Origin: Octopus vulgaris | Lineage: Eukaryota | DNA: 64,000 bases | Assembly: GCA_951406725.2 (NCBI GenBank) | Contig: OX597826.1 | Coordinates: 13,454,001-13,518,000, forward strand | Reading direction: 5' to 3' | Part shown: piece after piece, positions 37,979 through 51,891 of the stretch | How positions within the stretch are numbered: the first letter of the stretch is position 1 | Layout of the letters: each line of letters opens with the position of its first letter | Made by a program: the position numbers and the translations under genes | The notes under the pieces: model-generated | Database searches by the model: none | The model's input: the letters and a program-made list of their open reading frames with translations, nothing else | What the model was told of the DNA's origin: nothing

Positions 37979-38595
37979 ATACATATTAGAGGGAAACCAC
38001 TATGTGGACACCGTTATGCTAGAAATAGATCTGATATGGTCTTACCAATAAGAAACGAAAAAGCAATAAAAATATGGATTATTCGCATACATGTTTCTTT
38101 ATTAAAATATTAGGTAGTTTTACTTACATAAATGTCCGTAGAGCATCCCTCATTTTAAATCTAAATTTAAATTAATACGTTCTCTAACCGGCAAAGGTCA
38201 CTGCAATAAAGTATTTAATGCAGCATCAGTTTTTCCGGTAATTTAGCGCGCCAAAACGAGGACATTTGAAATATAACTACGAGTGTAATGGGTAGAACTG
38301 TTTACAGATCTGACTTTCTGCGGACGTCATAGTATACAGTCTTTCAAATTATATTCACCTGGACGGTCGCACCGATGACCTACGGACATTTATCTAAGTA
38401 AAACTACGTCATATGTTAATAGTGAAACATGTATGCGAATAATCCATATTTTTATTGCTTTTTATTTTGCCTTGCTCGATTACGTTTTTGTTGTTTTGCT
38501 AAATTTTTCTTGAGAACATTTCTTAGTGGTAAGACCATAGCGGATCTATTTCTACCATTAGGGTGTCCACATAGTGGTTTCCCTCTAATATGTAT
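37979..38595. mobile_element. Inverted-repeat element with ~170-bp arms carrying a hammerhead motif (Penelope-like inverted pseudo-LTR)
   Basis: Arms about 37979-38148 and 38374-38595 (right arm has a ~50-bp extra segment). Confidence 0.8.
38367..38438 (+). ncRNA. Type I hammerhead ribozyme-like motif with long stem II
   Basis: tcgca-CCGATGA-[cta..gacat...atgtt..tag]-GAAAC at GTA-tgcga; perfect 5-bp stem I, palindromic ACATGT stem III, one core substitution (U4 to C). Confidence 0.65.
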
Positions 38596-38696
38596 ATAAT
38601 GCAATTTTACTGAACCTTCAGTTTTTTTCATATGCTAGACCACTGGTGTGAAATCGATGTTAATTAAATTAATATCTAATTTCTCACCCTCATTTT

Positions 38697-38740
<44 letters not shown>

Positions 38741-38741
<1 letters not shown>

Positions 38742-39132
38742 TAGCAGTATCGCCCGGCGTTGCTCGGGTTTGTAAGGGAAATAACTATATAAGCATTTTT
38801 AGAGATGTAAAGTATAATAGCCATCTCGATATGGCTAACCACAAAGGGGGGATGTTACTGTAGCTTTTTACGTTCTGAGATTTAATAATAAATTTTTAGA
38901 GAGTTACTTCCCTTATGTATGCCAAAAATGCATTAAAAATGGGAAAAATTGATGGTATTTTTTTTTAAATCGTAGACTCAGCGTAGACGCACGCTAATAC
39001 CCAGAAGGGCTCGATATGAATCACGACTATAAGATACACGGTTTTGGTTAAACTGCACCGCAAAATGAGGGAGTAGTTAGGAATCTAAATCGTAGGAGAC
39101 AGACAGCACGCAACCTCACTTTATATATATAA

Positions 39133-39135
<3 letters not shown>
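38741..39135 (-). mobile_element. Non-autonomous Helitron
   Basis: Minus strand A|TCTTTATATATATAAAA...acccgagcaacgccgggcg hairpin...CTAG|T, inserted in a (TA)n tract. Confidence 0.88.
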
Positions 39136-39170
<35 letters not shown>

Positions 39171-39734
39171 GTGTGTGTGTGTGTGTGTGTGCGCGCGTAC
39201 AAACGTATGTAACTATCTGTATATGTATGTATGCGTATGCCTTGTTGCATGTATGCTTAATGCTGTGCACTGAAGTGTGGTATATATTTATATTCAGGTA
39301 TTTCTGTGTAACTCCCAATGCGTATGAAGTGATTTATTTACTTTTGTATATTCCATGCGTTTTCGTTTTGGCTGAATGGTTAAGGAGTTCGCTTCACACT
39401 CAAGAAATCCTGTGTTCGACCTCACTGCGCATCAACTTCAGATATTTTTTTATAATAAACTTCTGAAAAATATCGTGGACACCCGTCACATGAATTAAAA
39501 TATTCACACTGATTTTGCTTAAATAGCATGTATATATATATATATGTGTGTGATGTGTGTGTGTGTGTGTGTAACACTTAAACACGGGTAGTACATTTGA
39601 TCAAATATCTATCGTCGACTACGACAAAGAGCCGTCTATTTTCATATATGTACATTTGAGTGTATTCAAGCACGCATGACAAGGTATATGTGTATGCATG
39701 CATGAACATGGTTTATTATTTATTTGATTGGAAA

Positions 39735-40060
39735 GGCGAGTAAGCAAAATTTCGTGTGCCTTTACGTCCTGAGTTCAAATTCCGTTGGAATCAAATTTGT
39801 CATTCATCCTTTTGGGGTCATTTTAATTGACTAGTGCAGCCTAAAATGTCAAGCCCAAGCCTATTATTGAGATGATTCGTTGATTATACAAAAGTGATGA
39901 GCGGGCAGAATCATTAGTGAGTTGATCAATAATGTATAGAGTCATTTTATCAGATTCTATACATTCTGAGTTCGAATTTCGGTGAAGTCAAATTTGCTCT
40001 TGATTTTCTTCGGGGTCGATGAAATAACCAGTTGAAGACTGACGTCGATATAAACGACTT
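39735..40060 (+). mobile_element. Two old SINE A-related copies
   Basis: ctgagttcaaattccg and ttctgagttcgaatttcgg...cttcggggtcgat. Confidence 0.6.
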
Positions 40061-40618
40061 AATACCTCACCTCAGACAAAAAACGAAACAAAAAAAAAAT
40101 GCAATAGAATTACTGGCTTGTACCAAAACTTGAACCAATATCCAAATATACACATCTCTGGATATACATACGTGCGTATGCATGTATGTGTATTACTTTA
40201 ATGTATCTTTGTGTAAAGCATTTGTACACGTGCATTCCATCAAGTATTCAGCATGAAGTTTTAATTGAAGTAGCTTTGCAATCTTTTAAATACACTTGAA
40301 AAATTTCAGATATTTGACAAAAGGTATTCATGGAATTTAACTACTGTTACAAAATATCTTATAAAGACTTATCGTACACTACACACATAGACATGCGCGA
40401 ATAAACACACACACACACATACATACACACGCGCATACTCACACATACACACACACACATAAACACGCACATAGAAATAAAGGGGGGGGGACGCATATTC
40501 TTGAGACTCATAGCAGCCATTTTCTTTCCTTTGTTTCTATACAGTTATAATTTTTTTTTAAATGCTTTCTAAGCCATGACCTTGATGATGGTTAAAACTA
40601 AAGAACAAGACACACACG

Positions 40619-40668
<50 letters not shown>

Positions 40669-40847
40669 CACACACATACACACATATATACATACACTTA
40701 CACGTGTATACGTATACGCATACATAAGTACACATGCACACATACTCGTAGATGGAATTCTGAAAATCGAAAGAGATTTAAATTAACTCGATTCCCACAA
40801 GAACATAAAGAAATTCTTCACATACTTCCAACATATTCCATATATAT

Positions 40848-40915
<68 letters not shown>

Positions 40916-41209
40916 ACAAATTAATAAATAAAACATATGCATATATACATACATATATGTACATACCTACATCTATATGTATATATACATGCATATATGT
41001 ACATACCTACATCTATATGTATATATACATGCATATATATAACGTTATGTAACATTATATGCATTGCTATGTAATACGTGGTTGTGAAAACCCTACCAAG
41101 ACATAAAAGTTACCTCCTTTAAAGAAAATGTTGATAATTCTTCAAACGCAAGTGAGTTTAATGTGCTGGTCCTGCTTCGTTTTTTAAACTCGTATCTTTA
41201 TTTTTTTTT

Positions 41210-41675
41210 CTTTTTACTTGTCTCATGCCTGGGGCACCGTCTCTAAGACCTTTTAGTCGAAGGAATCGATCCTAGTATTCATTTGTGTTAAAGAATGGTA
41301 CCTACTCCGTCGGTTTCTTTTGTCGAATTAATAAGTTACGGGATGTAAACACACCAACACAGGTTGTCAGGCGGTGGTAGTGGACAAACACAGACACAAA
41401 GACACACGCATATACACACATATATACACACATATATACACACAATCACACACACATACACATACATACATACATATATGTGCATGTGTATGCGTCTGTG
41501 TGTGTGTGTAAACGGTGGGCTTCTTTCAGTTTCCGTCTACCAAATTCACTTACAAAACTTTGGTCGGCCCGAGGCTATAGTAAAAGACACTTGCCCACGG
41601 TGCCAAGCAGTGGGACTGACCCTGGAACTATATGCCTGGGAAGCAAACTTTCTACCACACAGCCACGCTTGCGCC
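41210..41675 (-). mobile_element. SINE family B
   Basis: Reverse-complement head (ccacacagccac) to tail. Confidence 0.85.
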
Positions 41676-42076
41676 TTTTTATTTATTTATTAAATTAATT
41701 TTTTTTTTCTTATTCCTCCATTTTCAAGATACTGAATGAATGATAAACGACACGCACCAGCTCCAATGTTACAAATCTCATTCTTAAATAATCTGTGACC
41801 TATTTTCTTATTTGGTAATGACGGAATCCAATTTTCGCATCCCGATAAGTCTTAATCCTTTGCGTCTATTTCGCATTATTTCTTTTTTCCTGTTTCTTTT
41901 GCTTACTCACTCAATCTTTCTCTCTATCTATGTATATTTATATACAAACACACACACACACACTCACACATATATGAGTGTATATATATATATATGAGCA
42001 ATCTCAAGATTAATACAACTATATATATATATATATATATATACTTTATTTTATATATATACGTTATCAGACAGTT

Positions 42077-42114
42077 TTTGTCTGATGAACGGCAACGAGA
42101 AACTCAATAACAGA
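42077..42114 (+). ncRNA. Degenerate minimal hammerhead motif
   Basis: tttgt-CTGATGA-a cg gcaa cg a-GAAAC tca ATA-acaga, followed by an AT-rich tail and (TA)n. Confidence 0.5.
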
Positions 42115-42194
42115 TTTTGTTGAATAAAATAAAGCATATTACTCTACCATATTTGAGTACTTTTTTTCCACCTTGTTTCATATGTGTTTACTCC

Positions 42195-42250
<56 letters not shown>

Positions 42251-42333
42251 CATACATACTCACATATGCAAATGCAAGCATATTCATATATACATATATA
42301 TATATATATACGTACACACACACACATACACAC

Positions 42334-42400
<67 letters not shown>

Positions 42401-42974
42401 TATACACACACATTGTTTTAGTTTTTAATCAATCAAGACAGAATTGGAAGCACACTGTAACCAGCAGTGTATAACAGTATCTGGTGGTTTGGTCGATACT
42501 GTGATATACACACATAGATATATGTATCTCCGTGTCTATTTGTCTGTCTATCCTTCCATCAACCGTCCCACCGTCCATTTGTTCATCCATTCATCTACTT
42601 TTCCATTCATCTACCTAGCTAAATAGTTACTGGTCGATCAAAGTATCCTTTCCAAGGTCCTTCGTTGCCTTTAACGATAAAAGCAGCCGGAGAATATTTT
42701 TCCTCTCATTATGTTCCATACTTTATAAGGCATCAGTTATCACGAACCCTAACCTTTTCCTTTTCCAGATGCAGCTTAGCAAGTATTGGGGTTTGGTGCT
42801 TCTGTAGCCAACTTGCAAGGTCACCCAGTTGCCCCTCTCTCTACCTTCTACAAATTTTCTTTCGTTTAGTTTTCCAGTAAGTATTCAAGTCATTGTATTC
42901 TAATATCCTTTCTACTATTGGCAAAATAAGTGCCTGAAATCTGAGGGCAGAGACAAATTGATCACATCCACATG

Positions 42975-43090
42975 AAAAAATAAAAGGCAAAGTCGACCTC
43001 GGAAGAATTTGAACTAAGAACGTAAAATACAGACGAAATGCCACTAAGCATTTTTTGTCAGACGTGCCAACTATTCTACCAGCTCGCCGC
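42975..43090 (-). mobile_element. SINE family A head fragment
   Basis: aaaggcaaagtcgacctcgg..atttgaact...ccagctcgccgc. Confidence 0.8.
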
Positions 43091-43816
43091 TTTGCCTTCT
43101 AATATGATGTCATATAAGCTTAGTCAGTGTTTATATTTTCTATTAAGAAATTTTCTGGCGATTCCTGTTCGTTTAAAAACTTTAAAGTTCATCATTCTTT
43201 CTGTAGAGGATATTTTTAGCATTCACTGCGGGAATCACTTAGCAGAATTCACGAGATTTTACGCTTGTTTGTTGAAGTTCCAAATCAAAAAGCCATAAAA
43301 TATATACATCTTCATAAATGTCACGGAATTAATATTTATCAAGTCATCTGCATCCTAACTCTACTTTACTAACTGGTAAGAAGGCAGAGATGAAATCTAA
43401 TCTGGCGTTATGGTTTAGATTATTGGCAGTTTAGAACATATCTCAAGTCTTCTTGAAATCTAGACACTGTCGCGTGTCTTATTGCGATATATTTTAAACT
43501 GAAGCATTTTATCTAAACATTTCAGGATGTGTTGCTTTACATCTTAAAACTGCAATACAAAAACTGACTTTTCTTTCTCGAAGCAGAAAACATTTAAAAT
43601 TTCTTATACACACACAAACATACACAGACACAAGCACCTAATATATTTTGTCTACTTATCGTCCAGTTCTGTATATCTGACATAACATTGAAGAAGGGTA
43701 AAAAACAATCGAAGACCTGAATCTCACACGTGATCAAACATATATACACGTCTCACCCCCATATATATGTATGTATATATATATATATATATATATAATA
43801 AGTGACAATTATTCGG

Positions 43817-43890
43817 TAGCCAAGATAAGACTCTAAGTTTCGGATACCGAGGTGGAAATTCACACCACCATTTCTTCAGTTATCCGGCCA
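43817..43890 (-). ncRNA. Type I hammerhead ribozyme motif, intact catalytic core
   Basis: Minus strand tggccggataa-CTGAAGA-[..ggtg..cacc..]-GAAAC ttaga GTC-ttatcttggcta; stem I gataa/ttatc extended by gcc/ggc. Confidence 0.75.
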
Positions 43891-44329
43891 TCGGAAAAAC
43901 GCTTTGAAAAAAGACCGTAATACAAAGGGAAATTACTGTATTATAGACCGCTATTTATAGAAAAGACCTTTTCGAATGACCTCTAATTAAGATAAGGTAA
44001 AAAGTTCATAGTATACGCGTAAGCGCACCTGTTCATACGTACACATGTGCGCTCGAACACCCACGTACGTACGTATACATCACAAGAAAAACGTACACAT
44101 CTTCACTCGAATCTTTCGCTAAATGTATATGCATATACATACAAACCTACAGGCACACACGCGCGCATCGTAAAAGTTCATACATACGTCTACATACGCA
44201 CAAGCACAAGAAAAACAGGGCTAAGGGTAACAATACAGAAGAAAGGCACAAGGAAGTACAAAGAGTAAACCACGTTCATATACGGACACCGAGCCAGGTC
44301 GTAAGAGGAGTGGGAAATGAGCTCACTCT

Positions 44330-44770
44330 GCGCGAAGCAGAAACATTTCAGTTGTAGTGGCCATGAATAAATATGATATGATATACCATAAAATCCACGA
44401 GAGGGCGGTAAATGCTGAAGATTTTAAGAGATCTCTCCAAGAGTTAAAAGCAGCTTATTTCGAAAAAGGCATAAGAAATCCAGTATTTTTAATGGATAAT
44501 ATCAGGATTCACCTCTACAGGGGGGTGGGCTGAATATTTGAAAGTAGTTACCAATAACATTAGGTATCTTCCATCGTATTCCCCTTTTCTCAACCCAATA
44601 GAGAATATTTTCTCTCTTTGGAAGAATTTGGTGAAAAGGGGAAGTGCTATTAATGAGGTAAATCTTGGGCCATTTATTGAAAATAAATTTGGGGAAATAA
44701 CAGCAGATCACTGCCAGGCCTTTTTCAGAAAAATGTGGTATCTAATACGTTCTGCAAAGTGAGAAATAAT
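44330..44770 (+). pseudogene. IS630/Tc1-superfamily (DDE_3) transposase fragment
   Basis: VFLMDNIRIH and IRYLPSYSPFLNPIENIFSLWK motifs, frameshifted. Confidence 0.85.
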
Positions 44771-44800
44771 TCTTGAATAAATCCTTTTATATAAATTTTT

Positions 44801-44925
44801 ATTATTAAATTGCCTACAAAGATTATTAAATTGCTTGCAAAAATTGTTCATTTGGTTGCAGAAATCATTCGAATGGTTGCAAAGACTATTCAAATGGTTG
44901 CAAAGATTGTTAAGTAGGTGGAAAA
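44801..44925. repeat. 21-bp tandem repeat, about 6 units, downstream of the Tc1-like ORF
   Basis: attattaaattgcctacaaag / attattaaattgcttgcaaaa / ... / actattcaaatggttgcaaag. Confidence 0.8.
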
Positions 44926-45203
44926 ATCCTATATTTGATTACCTGTCTGAAGAATTTCTAACAAGATACTTTACATGTTTTTCCTACATGTACAACTTTG
45001 TGACTCCTATTAGCAAATGAAACACGTGTAATGGTAAATGAATAATACTAACATTTTTTTTTTCAATTTCTTGATATGTGTGCGTGTGTATGTGTGTGTG
45101 TACATAGGTGGGTTATTCTCTCGCTCTCTTTCTCCCCATTTTTCTTTCTTTCTCTGTCTGTCTGTCTGTCTGTCTGTCTGTGTGTCTGTCTCTCTCTGTC
45201 TCT

Positions 45204-45333
<130 letters not shown>

Positions 45334-46008
45334 GTACACCAATTCTTCTTTGCATGTATAGTCGACTGCAAATATTAAATCGGAATTAAGCGATTAATCA
45401 CTAAATTTCCCATGTGACATATTTGTGTGCCATAAACTGGAATATTTATTCGCACTCAGACGATTGGTCCTTATTCCCTGACTTTATTGGCATCATATTC
45501 ATAACTCTGCCGATTCTAATAATATAATTTGCATTTAATGGAAAACTTCATAAGTGAATATTGATTTGCTTCTTGGAATCAAAGATAAGCTGGAGTGTTT
45601 ACGACACGCTTCATTAAAATGTATATTGCGTATTTTATCACAGAGTTTTAATATATCTCAGATTAATCTGAGATCTCAGATTAATGAAACGAAATAATGA
45701 AAATCTTCCATTCTCTAAATATCCCCGGTGACAAATCATGACTAATCACTAATGTGGCCAGCGTTGCTATATATATTCGATGGATATAATAAGAGAATCT
45801 GTGCAGCATGGATGTTCGTAAAATGTAGTAGTCATCAACTTTTTAGGAGCTGGTCCGTCAGAGGGAGAAACAATAAATATATAAATTAATTAATTGGAAT
45901 TAATTAACATTAATTCGAATTAATTCATTAGAATTAATGAAACACAACTCACTATTTCATCTCCAACAAAAATATCCTGTTTCCATTTCCTTACCTTTTA
46001 TACATTTC

Positions 46009-46186
<178 letters not shown>

Positions 46187-46657
46187 ATTCTGTTGTGTCA
46201 GGGGAGAGTCTTTTAGTGCCTTATTATTTAACACACTCACCAGTAAAATTTCTACTTATTTCATATCTTTTTTTTCTAAAATTTTCGTTGCGTGTTGCAA
46301 CCTTCTCAATAGTCTTCGTTCCCTTTTATTTGTTTGTGCGCATGTGTGTGGGTCAGTGGGTCAGTATGTGTGTGTGCCTATACAAGCATGCATGTACGTA
46401 TGTGTTTGTGTGTGTGTATGCATGTATATGTATGTATATATGTGTGTGTATGCATATGTATGTATGTGTGTGCATCTGTATGTACATATCCTGCATATTT
46501 ATGTGCTTGCCTGTCCATGTTTGTGTATTTTCTATGTATGTGTGTGTGAGCATGTGTTTGTATATGTATGTACCTCTGTCTCCTTGTGTGCATATCTGTG
46601 TGTGTGTGTGGAAATAAATCAAAAAACGAAATACATATACATATATATATTACATAT

Positions 46658-46795
46658 TTAATTCAGGAGGTCAAGAGAAGTAAAGGTGACTTGACAGTGG
46701 TTTGGCTGGACCTGGAAAATGCATACGGATCTATTCCTCACGCCCTCATATATGCAGCCCTTGACTGCTATCATATTCCCCCCGCATATTAACTG
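46658..46795 (+). pseudogene. Isolated RT fragment, second copy of the Hero-like segment at 48400-48535
   Basis: IQEVKRSKGDLTVVWLDLENAYGSIPH. Confidence 0.8.
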
Positions 46796-46809
46796 GGGAG
46801 ATATTAGGA

Positions 46810-49175
46810 GTGAAATGTCTCTCTGGAAAGATCTGAAAGAATGCAAAAGGGCTCAATATACACCGAACCAAGTTGGACTGTGCGAATAAAGAGCCACAGT
46901 TGCCGTACTCAGTGGTGGCACCTGTTGAGACATCAGTAGCTGGGGTGGTATTGGAAGTAAAGTGTCATTGCGGAAAGATCTGTAGAATGAGAAAGGGTTC
47001 AAGATACACCGAGCTAGGTCCGTCTGTGGAAAAGAGGATCCGCAGGTGCAGTGCACAGTGGCAACACATGGTGAGATACAGGAGAAGTCCAGGCAGGAAG
47101 TACCTCTCAGGACTGGATGTCTCTCAGTACCTATGTCACCTTAAGTCCTCAAGATGGGCAACCCACCCAATACCACCACAGAGGGCCAATCTCGCCCAAC
47201 GAAAGAACGAATTTAATGGTCCAAGATGGATGAAACAAAAAAATGGCAACAACCAGTCCAAGACCTCGACATAATATTGGACTGCACGCTGGAAGGAACA
47301 GCTGAACAGAAAGTGAATGCTCTTGCAACTATCGGATTCAATTTGGCAAAAGATCGATTCGGAAATGCGGACAGACTGGTTATCACAGCAATCGAAAGGA
47401 AACTTAGCAGAAGAGAAAGAGAGATGCACCATCTGGAAGGTGGGGAGAGATGAAAACCCTCAATAAGCAGTATAGAAGGGCCTCTGCTCAGGAAAGGGAA
47501 GGCATCTAGGATTTGACAAGTCAACTCAGTGAACGTATGAGATGGTAGAAAGCATCCGGAAGCGGGGGGAAGAGAAGGAGACCAAACGAGCGCAATTTGC
47601 CAAGAATACTTTTAGGTTCACCCGAACGCTGCTGGGAATAAACCAAATCAGGGAAATTGACCAGCTCCAGAGAAGAAGTAGAAGCATTTCTGAGGGAGAC
47701 CCATAATGATAACGTCAGAAAAGAACCCTTGATGTTAACCCAAATTTCGGTAGAGCTGAAATACCAGGAAATAAGTTCAGCCTCAACTGTCCATTCTGAA
47801 AAGAAGTGGAAGAAATGGTAAAAAAAAGGCCAGATCAGGATCAGCTCCTTTTTGTAAGCCTAGTACTTATTCTATCGGGGTTTTTTTTTGCCGAACATCT
47901 ACACATTATATATTATATGTTTTATATATATATATATATATATATACATGAGCATGCAAGTGTGTCTATATATATGTGTGTGTGTGTGTGAATATATATG
48001 TGTTATGTGTTTGAACGTGTGTATGCGTATGTATGTATTTGAGTGCACACATGAGTATGTTGATAAGTGTGTATATGCCGACGTTTATTACATCCATCGC
48101 TATATAAGAAATGCCCACTGCTCTTTCGGGCGTTTTGGACGCTGTTACGAAAGATCTGGACAAAGAGTATCATCCCACCATGCTGGAAGAAGGTAGAAGG
48201 ATGTTTTATGCCAAAAGAAGAAAACTCCACAGTCATTAACTATTTCAGGGCCATCTCCCTCCTAAGTGTTGGGGGGGGGAATCTTTCTCGTATTGGCCAA
48301 AAGTATGACCTCATACATGAATGAGAATGGGTAATATAAGCATATCTATCTAGAAAGGTGGGGTTCCGAGTTTCCCAAACACACTGGAATTCTCAGTCAG
48401 TTGATTCAGGAGGCCAAGAGAAGTAAAGGTGATTTGACAGTGGTTTGGTTGGATCTGTACAATGCATACGGGTCAATTCCTCGCGCCTTTGTATATGCAA
48501 CACTTGAATGCTATCATATTCCCCTGCATATTAAGGGAATAATCAGCTCATTTTACAACTCGGTTGCAAGACCTTGAGAAAGGAATCATAACTGGTTGCA
48601 CAATTTCCTTCATTCTTTTCGCTGATAGCGAAGCCCAAGGACCAACAATGGAATAGGGTTTCGTGGATGATATTACAGTAACAACTACAGTCCATGTGGA
48701 GGAAGAATGTTTGCTGAGTTCACTTGAACAGATGGGCAAGAATGAAGTTTAAGCTCAAAAAAGGACTTGGAAAGATGTTTGACAAGTCGCTCTCAGACGG
48801 AAGCAATGTTACCAAAAATGTGAAGCAAGCTAAGAAGAGGGTGGGGACGAGTGATAGATCGGGGCTTCCAAGAAAGTATAGGGCACGGCTCTCCCAACAC
48901 GGGCTGCTTCCAAGACTCATATAGTCAATGACGCTGTATGATATTCCGATGATAAGTGAGGAAAGGGATGAGAGGAAGGTAAATAAATACCTCCGAAGAT
49001 GGCTAGGTGTTTCCCCAATAGGTCTGTACGTAAGATCTACAACTTTCCCTGTCATCCATAATGGAGGAATTTAAAGTAGCAAAATGTAATGTAATGATGT
49101 ACAGAGGCTCGAAGGACGAGACATGCATGTATTACAAGGTCTGGGCGAAAGTGGGAAGCTAGCACCGCAGTCACT
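46810..49175 (+). mobile_element. Decayed Hero/NeSL-like (R2 superfamily) non-LTR retrotransposon
   Basis: N-terminal CHCGKIC zinc finger; PKEENSTVINYFRAISLLSV; WLDLYNAYGSIP; LEKGIITGCTIS; FVDDIT; WARMKFK; YLRRWLG; interrupted at about 47845-48050. Confidence 0.8.
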
Positions 49176-49179
49176 CATT

Positions 49180-49653
49180 GTATATCAAGAATTCGCCCCC
49201 CTTCCCCCACCACTAATGGCCAGACCGTCAATCAAGAGTTCAACAACGACGTTTTGAAGCGTTTGAAGGAGGACACTCGGCGAAAGGGACCAGATCTGTG
49301 GAGTGCAAAGAACTGCATTCTTCACGGAGCTGCCCTCATTCATGAGTTTTTCGCCCAAAACAATAAGAAATCACTCCTGCACACGCCCTATACGCACCTG
49401 TGGACTTCCATCTCTTCTCCAAGATGAAAATACAGATCAAAGGTCGCTGTTTGAGCACTGTTATCGAATTTCAGAGCGAATCGCCGAAGGTCCTCGTCTC
49501 GCTCACAGAAAACTACTTCCAGGCCGGATTACAAATGGAAGGAACGCAGCAACCAGTGTGGTGGTGCGCAAGATGACTATTTCGAAACTTTGGTAAATCA
49601 GTTATTTATTATTAAACACAACTAGTCCAGGAACCTTTTGATACCGCCTCGTG
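49180..49653 (+). mobile_element. mariner 3' remnant
   Basis: GQTVNQEF..VLKRLKEDTRRKGPDLW..ILH; ends aaccttttgataccgcctcgtg|ta (TIR). Confidence 0.75.
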
Positions 49654-49742
<89 letters not shown>

Positions 49743-50064
49743 ATATATATATATATGTATATGTATGTATATAATACAAATAAGAAACTAGAGAAGCAAA
49801 TTTACTTACGGATATTATAATGTTGGATTAGTTATTCATTTAACAAAATGAGAACATTAATAGCATACTTATATATTTACCTTCACCCGTTTAATACAAT
49901 AAATGAGTTAATTGAATTGCACTTAAAACATTTATGAATTAAGAATCTGGGTACTTTACCAACAGTATATTGGATAAATTCTATCCCATAGTGGGTTACA
50001 CCCATAACCCCTATCTTACTTTGTAGATATATATATATATGTGTGTGTGTGTGTATACATACAT

Positions 50065-50118
<54 letters not shown>

Positions 50119-50218
50119 GTATATATATATATATATATGTATATATATGTATATATATATATATATATACACATATGTATACATACACATACATATGTGT
50201 GTGTGTGTGTGTGTGTGT

Positions 50219-50341
50219 TTGACGGGCTTCTTTCAGTTTCTGGCTACCAAATCCACTCAAAGCTTCAGTCACTCCTAGGCTATAGTAAAACTCACTTGCC
50301 CATGTTGCCACGCAGTGGGACTGAACCCGGAACCATGTGGT
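50219..50341 (-). mobile_element. SINE family B fragment
   Basis: gacgggcttctttcagttt...gccacgcagtgggactgaacccggaaccatgtgg. Confidence 0.85.
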
Positions 50342-51230
50342 TTTTATGGGAATTCTAGGCATATATTTCTGTAATTTCAAATATCTAATCCCGCCTCATG
50401 TTGTGACGGAGTGACTATCTCTCCTGTATTGAATGCCATCTCTAGAGGGAACCACATGTATTTGAAGTCATATTTACTATTGCAGAAAGCAACAACAACA
50501 TCAACAATATCTGCAACAAAAAAATAACAGATGGATAGAATTTTTTTTTAAAATGTTAGGACGAACAGAAAGGAAAATAAAAATAAAACCCAAAAATAGA
50601 GAAACCAAAGCATTTTATAATTTCTTTAGCATTGTTCGTGTAACAAGAAGATTAATGCTGCTAAATCATAAATAATGACTAATATCTTTGAAATTATTAA
50701 TCAGAATTGATTGAAAGCAAAAATCTTCGTAGGTGTCTTCTTGTAATCTGTAAATAAACCGTTTTTTTATTCTTTTCTTTTTTTATTATTATTTCTGGTC
50801 CTTATTAGTCGTCTTTGAAGTTTTTTTCTATAACATGTTTCGCTAAAATAAGCAGACTTGTCTTCACAAGAACTAAAAATATCCCAAGTGGATTTATTTT
50901 CTGTTTGATTTAATTTGGATCTTGTTCTTGTTGTTGTTGCAGAAGAGCTTTTTTTCTTTCATTTTTTTTCCTTCGGTTATTTACTGTTATTATTCACACT
51001 GGGCTCTCTTTTCGATATTGTTGTTATTGCCGTTGTCGTTGTGACAACTGTTAGTGGTGAAGTATGAGATAGTAGTATTAATTCAGTTAACGCATAAACA
51101 CAAACATTGAATGAGCCGTCCATAATGTCTTTCTTGATGCAAACATTCTGAGTTCAAATTCTACCGAAACTGACTTTGCCTTTCATCCTTTCGGAGTCGA
51201 TAAATTAAGTATCAGCCACGAAGGGAGATG

Positions 51231-51342
51231 GTCAACTGGTTACGGTCAAACAACGGACAAGCAAATCTGTGGTATTGAGCAGAATATTTGCTGTAGCCCA
51301 TCTTTTATACCAAGACAAAACAATGTACCTGATAACACTTCC
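51231..51342 (-). repeat. Family E fragment abutting (ATT)n
   Basis: Matches 53140-53252; (ATT)n starts at 51343. Confidence 0.78.
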
Positions 51343-51394
<52 letters not shown>

Positions 51395-51891
51395 GCTGTT
51401 GTTGTTGTTGTTGTTTCTGTTGTTGTTATCAATATTATTCGCTGCGGAATACGTAAGACGTTCTTTCGAACACGCTTCGTAAGTTATGCGTTAAACTGTG
51501 TTTTCACCTTGTCTTTACACATATATGTCATAAATGTTTCTAATAAACTGACAATAAGGACACCAGGAACCTTTTGGCAGGCATTCGATGGTTGTTTCTG
51601 CCCCGTATTTATACACTTACTTACCTATTGCACTTATGTAAAAAAATCAAACAAACAAGCACAAACACACAAAATGGCGTCGTCATCATCACCATTACCA
51701 TCAGCATCAGCAACCATCATGGGAAGCATGAGGTGGAAAGCCGTCCCTCCCACCAGCCCTCCCACAAAAGATTCTCTCCTCCCCCTCTCATATCACTCAC
51801 TCCTTGCGACAACAACAACAACCCAAGAAATGCATGAGCCCGCGAGGCATTTGAAATCAGTAGCAGCAACAACAGGAATACGAAGACGGAA

